Below are positions 7,514 through 12,274 of a stretch of 12,274 nt of DNA, piece by piece. The translations under genes and the position numbers were made by a program. The DNA comes from Candidatus Omnitrophota bacterium (lineage in GTDB: Bacteria; Omnitrophota; Omnitrophia; Omnitrophales; Aquincolibacteriaceae). Below the pieces are notes generated by a model. That model searched no databases. It saw only the letters and a list, made by a program, of their open reading frames with translations, and had not been told where the DNA came from. Within the stretch, counting starts at the first letter, position 1, and each line of letters opens with the position of its first letter. The DNA lies in contig JAZDJU010000105.1 in assembly GCA_043803685.1 (NCBI GenBank), forward strand, positions 1 to 12,274. The letters run 5' to 3'.

Positions 7514-8465
7514 TCGCGGCGGAGTGCTCATCTATAGCCTTTGGGTGCTTTGCTTTCTGGCCATATTTGCGGCGGCGGTGGGGAACGCGGTGAGTCAATA
7601 TATCCGGATCGGAGCCTATTTTCAAAATAGTCCCCGTGCCCGTTACGCGGCCCAGGCGGCTCTCAAGGCCGCGGTCGATGTGCTGGCGCGTGACAAGAAC
7701 GAATATGATGCCATGACCGAGGCGTGGGTGCTCCATAACGTTTCCGAAGATCCTTTAGCCCCGAGCCTGCGGAGCGTTCCTTTGGGACAGGGAACATTCT
7801 CTTTTGAGATCATAGATGAGGCGCGCAAGATCAATCTTCGCACGGCTTCAGCAGAAACGTACGAACGCCTACTGATGCAGGTGGGGCATGCGGACGCTCA
7901 GACCGCCCATACCGTTGCTAATTCGATCCTGGATTGGCAGGATGCCGATAGTGGCACGCGGGAAGGGGGCGCGGAGAGTTTTTATTACCGCGCCTTGAAG
8001 GATTCCTATGATCCTTCCAATCGAAAGCTTGAAGTTCTCGAAGAGCTCCTTTGGATCAAGGGGATGACGCCCGATCTTTTCCGAAAGATCAGGGATTTTG
8101 TGACAATCTGGGGTGACGGGAAAATTAACATTAACACCGCTTCCCGTGAAGTGCTATTATCCGTCGGCTGTACGGCATCGCTCGCGGAAAAGATCATCGT
8201 CTATCGCAGCGGACAAGATAAGACTCCGGGTACCGAGGATGACAAAGTCTTCGATCGCATTGAGTCGATCCCGACCATGCTTTCGAGCGGGGCTTTCTTG
8301 GGCATGGAAGACGAGGCATCTCTCCTTAAATTGTATTCCATGAGCGCATTAACGGTGTCATCGATCTATTTCACGGTCAAGGCGCGTGGGACCGTGGGCG
8401 GCCGCACTGAAAGGATCGATTGCATCCTCGACAGGTCCGGAAAACTTTCTTCATGGAGAGAGTAG
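7464..8465 (+). CDS. gspK: Minor pseudopilin GspK/PulK
   Basis: Start reassigned to the in-frame ATG at 7464, giving leader MKTKKINTSTKQSISSNRG|GVLIYSLWVL without Glu+5, as in GspK. Motifs: IIDEARKINL, ILDWQDAD, EELLWIKGMT, GKININTAS..VL, L.V.S.YF.V. Overlaps the gspJ end by 50 bp. Confidence 0.9.
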   Translation: MKTKKINTSTKQSISSNRGGVLIYSLWVLCFLAIFAAAVGNAVSQYIRIGAYFQNSPRARYAAQAALKAAVDVLARDKNEYDAMTEAWVLHNVSEDPLAPSLRSVPLGQGTFSFEIIDEARKINLRTASAETYERLLMQVGHADAQTAHTVANSILDWQDADSGTREGGAESFYYRALKDSYDPSNRKLEVLEELLWIKGMTPDLFRKIRDFVTIWGDGKININTASREVLLSVGCTASLAEKIIVYRSGQDKTPGTEDDKVFDRIESIPTMLSSGAFLGMEDEASLLKLYSMSALTVSSIYFTVKARGTVGGRTERIDCILDRSGKLSSWRE

Positions 8466-8472
8466 CGTTCTG

Positions 8473-9882
8473 ATGGGAAAACGAACCGCGGTTATCGAAA
8501 AATGCGACAGCTTCATGAAGGTTGCGCTCGTTCACGGTCGGGGGCCCGGCGTGACCGTCGAACGCGTTTTGAAGGTGGATCTCGGGCCACGCTCGACCAT
8601 TGGAGAAGTTCTTCAGACGGCAGATCTGTCGTATGATGACATTATTCTTGTGGCTCCTCGCAACAACGTCATCGTCAAGCAGTTCGATCTTCCTACGACC
8701 GATCCTAAAGAAGTAAGCCAGATCATCGATATCAAGGTCGGCCGCCTTACCCCGTTCCCCAAGAAAGAATTCGTTTATGGATTCGAGGCTATTCCTGTGG
8801 AGGGGGGCGTCAGCACCAAAGCTCTTGTCGGGATCGTGCAGAATACCGTGATCAACATGTGGGTGAGTCAATTCCGCGGAGGAAGCGTTCCCGTCCAGCG
8901 TATTGTTTTCGGGTCGGAATGTTTTGCCTTGCTCGCGCCTGTCATTACGCAAAAGCTTTGTACCGAAACGTTCGCGATCTTGGATCTTGATTCCGATTCT
9001 GCCGATTTTTGCGTGATCTCCGGTTCGCGGCTTATTTTTACGAAACTGGTCCACTTCGGGACGCACGATTTGGAGCGTGGTCACTGGGAGGAACGATTCG
9101 TTGAAGAGATCCATTCCGTCTACGCGGAGTTTAAGACGCAGAATTTCCGGGTCGAGTTCAATAAGGTCATGTTTTTCAATCTTACGGATACGCAGGGCGA
9201 GGCTTTGACGGAAGTTCTCTATCAACGGTTCCAGTTGGACGCATCTCCGAGTGGGGAATCTCTCGGGAGGGTCCTTTGGACCGGTTCGGCCGAACGTAGT
9301 GTGAAGGAGCTGTATGCCCAGGGGGTCACGTTCACCAAGCTCTTTGCGGCGGCTCTATACGGTGACCGTACTGCGATTGATTTTTCGCCAGCCAATGTCA
9401 AGCAAGAGCGCGTTGCCGGAACGCAGCGAAAGGAATTCAGCAAAGTCCTCTTTCTTTTTATGGCAGTGATCGCGGCCGTGATGCTGATCGTAGGCGTTAA
9501 AGCCTATGTCAGTGAACTGCGCCTGAAGAATCTTGATGATCAGATCGCTCTCTATGAAGTCAAGGCGGCGCCTGTCAGGACTATGCTCAAGCGCATTCGT
9601 TTGGTCGAGGATAGTCGAGCGAAGTCTCATTCTGTGGTGCGCGCCATTCGCGATGTCCCTCAGAAGGTTCCCGCAGGCGTTTATCTTTCCGAGATCTCGT
9701 GTGCGCGGGATTCTGCCTTATCCATTCGCGGTACATCCCGAGACAATGCTCAGGTCTTTCTTTTCGGGGAATCACTTAGAAAGGAGCCATTGTTCCGGGA
9801 CGTCCAGGTGAAATACGTGACCAAACGAAATGATGTGAATGATTTTGAGATCTTATGTCTCATGGCGGGATCCTCGAAATGA
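8473..9882 (+). CDS. gspL: GspL-like protein (cytoplasmic PilM/actin-like domain + TM + PilN-like periplasmic domain)
   Basis: Likely start ATG 8473 (GGAGAG at 8455-8460; avoids overlap with gspK). PilM-like motifs: VIVKQFDLP..DPKEV..I......LTPF, ILDLD and LIFTKLV.FG. TM VLFLFMAVIAAVMLIVGV is followed by a coiled segment and PilN-like VP.GVYL.EI.....L.I.G and F...L...P.F..V. Confidence 0.8.
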   Translation: MGKRTAVIEKCDSFMKVALVHGRGPGVTVERVLKVDLGPRSTIGEVLQTADLSYDDIILVAPRNNVIVKQFDLPTTDPKEVSQIIDIKVGRLTPFPKKEFVYGFEAIPVEGGVSTKALVGIVQNTVINMWVSQFRGGSVPVQRIVFGSECFALLAPVITQKLCTETFAILDLDSDSADFCVISGSRLIFTKLVHFGTHDLERGHWEERFVEEIHSVYAEFKTQNFRVEFNKVMFFNLTDTQGEALTEVLYQRFQLDASPSGESLGRVLWTGSAERSVKELYAQGVTFTKLFAAALYGDRTAIDFSPANVKQERVAGTQRKEFSKVLFLFMAVIAAVMLIVGVKAYVSELRLKNLDDQIALYEVKAAPVRTMLKRIRLVEDSRAKSHSVVRAIRDVPQKVPAGVYLSEISCARDSALSIRGTSRDNAQVFLFGESLRKEPLFRDVQVKYVTKRNDVNDFEILCLMAGSSK

Positions 9883-10439
9883 AAAAACATGAGAAAGGCG
9901 TTCCTGCGATCTTACGGTTCCCCGTCCAAGGGAGAAAGTTGCTGCCGGTTACTGCCGGTCTGGTGTGCCTGGTAGCTTTGGTCCATTTTGTGTTTTGGCC
10001 GCTTCTTGCGCGTATTAATAATGTGCGCCAAAAAATTGAGGTTCGGGAGAAAATCCTCGAAGAGCTCGTCAATTTAACCGGCAATGCGGAGGAAATCGCA
10101 AGGCAATTCCCACCTTACGCGCAGTATGTTCAGGGCGGTCTCACTCAAGAAGAGCAGGAAGGGCTTTTTATGAAGGGGGTTGAAACGATCGCGAAATCAT
10201 CTGGCGTTGTGATCGTGAAACAGCAACCCTATGTGGTGAAGAACGGTGGGGATTTTCTGGACATCGATCTTCAGATCGAATTGGAAGCGCAGCTCCGAGA
10301 CATCCTTTCATTCCTTTATTCGATCGATCATTCCGATGATCTGATGCATGTCCTACAAATGCGTCTTATCCCGAAACCATCCACGGGCGCGCCATTGTTT
10401 CGATGTCAGGTGGATATCTCCAAGCGTTATATCAAATAG
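9879..10439 (+). CDS. gspM: GspM/PilO-like inner-membrane protein
   Basis: Likely start ATG 9879 (ATGA overlap with the upstream stop). N-terminal TM ending FVFWP, a coiled segment, 'VETIAKSSGV' and 'LRDILSFLYSID....M.V..M.L' ferredoxin-like PilO/GspM pattern. Position after gspL fits. Confidence 0.75.
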   Translation: MKKHEKGVPAILRFPVQGRKLLPVTAGLVCLVALVHFVFWPLLARINNVRQKIEVREKILEELVNLTGNAEEIARQFPPYAQYVQGGLTQEEQEGLFMKGVETIAKSSGVVIVKQQPYVVKNGGDFLDIDLQIELEAQLRDILSFLYSIDHSDDLMHVLQMRLIPKPSTGAPLFRCQVDISKRYIK

Positions 10440-10609
10440 CGTTCTGTTTGTATGCGGGAGATCCGTTCCGCGCAAAGCACACAACGTTTTGTCTAGTAAT
10501 TCGAAGCATTGACGAGATAGGTCCGACGAAATTGAGTTTGTGAAAACTAGAAGCGCTTTCATGGGATGGAACTCCTCCGGAAAAGTGCGAAACCCTGATT
10601 TGTTTTGGT

Positions 10610-10624
10610 CCCGAATGATTCGGG
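10610..10624. promoter_or_regulatory. Perfect palindrome upstream of recN, candidate operator or 5'-UTR hairpin
   Basis: CCCGAAT-G-ATTCGGG (7-bp arms, 1-nt spacer) ends 13 nt before the recN ATG. The palindrome is seen directly; its function is inferred. Confidence 0.35.
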
Positions 10625-10637
10625 CATTTGGAAAACT

Positions 10638-12274
10638 ATGCTGACTCAACTTCACATCAAAAATTTCGCGTTGATCGAAGATCTGAAGCTCGAATTCTCC
10701 GGGCAATTGAATGTGCTTACGGGGGAAACGGGCGCGGGGAAGTCCATTTTGATCGATGCGATACGGTTCGTTTTGGGCGAACGCATGGAAGGACTCAGGG
10801 TCGAGTCGAATGATAAACCCTGTCAGGTGGAGGCCGCGTTCGAGCTTTGCGAGGATCTTCTAAAAAAACAGTCCGTTTTTGAACCGTATCTCGCCGAAGA
10901 AGGCCTGCTCGTCCTGCGTCGGGAATTTTCCAACGGAAAGACTCGCGCGTGGATCAATCACCGGTTGGCGCCGCTTTCCGTTTTGAAAGAAGTCGGCGCT
11001 TATCTGGTCGATATCCACGGCCAGTATGATCACCAGCGGCTTCTCGATAGCGCGTCCCATCTGGATCTCCTTGACCGTCTCGCGAAGATCGACCCCTTGA
11101 GGGAAGGTTACCGGGTCCTTTATGAGCAGTATTCCCGGCTGACCAAGGAACAGGAAGATCTCACGGCGCTTGAGGAGCACAAGGAGCGGGAGATGGACGT
11201 GCTGAAATACCAGGTGGATGAGATCGAGCATGCGGAGATCCAGGATCTCGATGAAGAGGCTCTGGAGCTTGAACGGATGCGGCTTGCCAACGCTGAAAAG
11301 CTCGCGGAGATCGTGTCTCATGCGCTCGCGGTGCTGGATGAGAATGACACGACCGCGGACAGCTTTTTGTCCGAAGCCGTGCGCGATCTCAAAGGCCTGG
11401 TCAAATTCGACAGTTCGGTTGAAAAAGTCAAAACCGATTGCGAGAACGTTCAGTATTCCTTGCAGGAAGCGGTCCGCGCGTTGAGGGATTACAGGGATAA
11501 GCTGACGTTCGATCCGGACCGTCTCCGGGAGCTTGAGAAAAAGGCGGACCTTCTGGCCCATCTCAAACGGAAATATGGCGGTACCCACGCCAAGGTGCTC
11601 GAATTCTATCAGAGCGCCAAAGCGAAATACGATAAGCTGATCGACGTGGATATGGCGAAAAGCGACCTTCAAAAAGATATTCGCGACCTGGAACCGAAGC
11701 TCCGTGAGGCCGCTCTTAAGTTCTCTGAGAAACGGAAAAAGGCGGGGGCATTCCTTAAAAGGACCATTGAATCCGAATTGAAGGATCTCCAGATCGCGCA
11801 CGCTGAGTTCGAGGTGCGGATCGAAGAGACGGATTTCTCGGCGGAGGGGATGGATCGCGTGGAATTCCTGGCACGAATGAATCCGGGCCAGCCGATGCTC
11901 GCGATCGCGAAGATCATTTCCGGAGGCGAGGCTTCTCGTGTGATGCTCGCCATGAAAAAAGCGCTCATGCAGGTCGACTCTGTTCCTGTGCTCATCTTTG
12001 ATGAGATCGATACTAATATCGGTGGCCGCTTGGGCCATGTCACAGGCCAAAAACTCAAAAGTATTTCGGGCGAGCGGCAAGTGTTGCTGGTGACCCATCT
12101 TCCGCAGATCGCGTCTTTCGCGGACCGGCATATCAAAGTGACGAAGTCCGTTCAAAAAGGGCGGACGCTCGTTCAATATCAATTGCTGGAGGGAGAGGAC
12201 AAGGTTCGCGAGCTGGCGCAGATGATGAGCGGCCAGAAGGAAAGCGAGATCTCGCGTCGCCATGCTGAGGAAAT
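10638..12274 (+). CDS. recN: DNA repair protein RecN (3'-truncated by the window, close to its C-terminus)
   Basis: ATG 10638: MLTQLHIKNFALIEDLKLEFSGQLNVLTGETGAGKSILIDA (Walker A). Further motifs: LVDIHGQYDHQRLL (Q-loop), coiled coil, NPGQP, IISGGEASRVML (signature), LIFDEIDTNIGG (Walker B/D-loop), VTHLPQIA and ELAQMMSG, all in the same frame. Absent from the ORF track because there is no stop in the window. Confidence 0.97.
   Translation, partial: MLTQLHIKNFALIEDLKLEFSGQLNVLTGETGAGKSILIDAIRFVLGERMEGLRVESNDKPCQVEAAFELCEDLLKKQSVFEPYLAEEGLLVLRREFSNGKTRAWINHRLAPLSVLKEVGAYLVDIHGQYDHQRLLDSASHLDLLDRLAKIDPLREGYRVLYEQYSRLTKEQEDLTALEEHKEREMDVLKYQVDEIEHAEIQDLDEEALELERMRLANAEKLAEIVSHALAVLDENDTTADSFLSEAVRDLKGLVKFDSSVEKVKTDCENVQYSLQEAVRALRDYRDKLTFDPDRLRELEKKADLLAHLKRKYGGTHAKVLEFYQSAKAKYDKLIDVDMAKSDLQKDIRDLEPKLREAALKFSEKRKKAGAFLKRTIESELKDLQIAHAEFEVRIEETDFSAEGMDRVEFLARMNPGQPMLAIAKIISGGEASRVMLAMKKALMQVDSVPVLIFDEIDTNIGGRLGHVTGQKLKSISGERQVLLVTHLPQIASFADRHIKVTKSVQKGRTLVQYQLLEGEDKVRELAQMMSGQKESEISRRHAEE

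Noticed and set aside
10447..10476. Imperfect hairpin after gspM as an intrinsic terminator or c-di-GMP-I riboswitch (contains GCGCAAAGC)
   Set aside because: The stem has G-U pairs and a bulge and no following U-tract. It lacks the GGCAAA/GNRA-tetraloop elements of the riboswitch. An Rfam cmscan would settle it.
10509..10537. Sigma70 promoter for recN (TTGACG-N17-TTGAGT)
   Set aside because: Good -35 but only a 3/6 -10 match lacking the key A at position 2, which is insufficient without TSS data.
2023..10706. Numerous short minus-strand and alternate-frame ORFs (e.g. 8377-9225, 5694-6299, 2653-3180, 10353-10706)
   Set aside because: They overlap well-supported + strand genes and show no recognisable motifs.
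10860..12263. 467-aa minus-strand ORF (and nested 11669-12136, 11218-11484)
   Set aside because: Antisense or alternate-frame shadows of recN, which has all diagnostic motifs on the + strand. No recognisable protein features.

Overview
Bacterial chromosomal window with every credible gene on the + strand. It opens inside a 5'-truncated, highly repetitive protein (open from base 1 to 1989). This protein has three complete 86-aa/258-bp super-repeats plus a partial fourth, built from 15-aa 'KTDTIxWxDVT' units, then a second repeat family and a unique C-terminal region. A tightly packed or overlapping gene run follows: a signal-peptide/single-TM protein with a degenerate PilZ-like tail; a GspE/PilB ATPase with an N-terminal atypical receiver domain and a duplicated insertion in its Zn-binding loop; GspF/PilC; GspI-, GspJ- and GspK-like pseudopilins; a GspL-like (PilM-PilN fusion) protein; and a GspM/PilO-like protein. 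No major pseudopilin (GspG), GspH, GspC, secretin or prepilin peptidase lies in the window. After a 198-bp intergenic region with a perfect palindrome, recN starts at 10638 and runs off the 3' end; the ORF track misses it. The best candidate for an undescribed system is a regulated T2SS-like machine dedicated to a long repetitive fibre-like protein. That functional reading, and the resemblance to Omnitrophota/PVC giant-gene loci, are inference.
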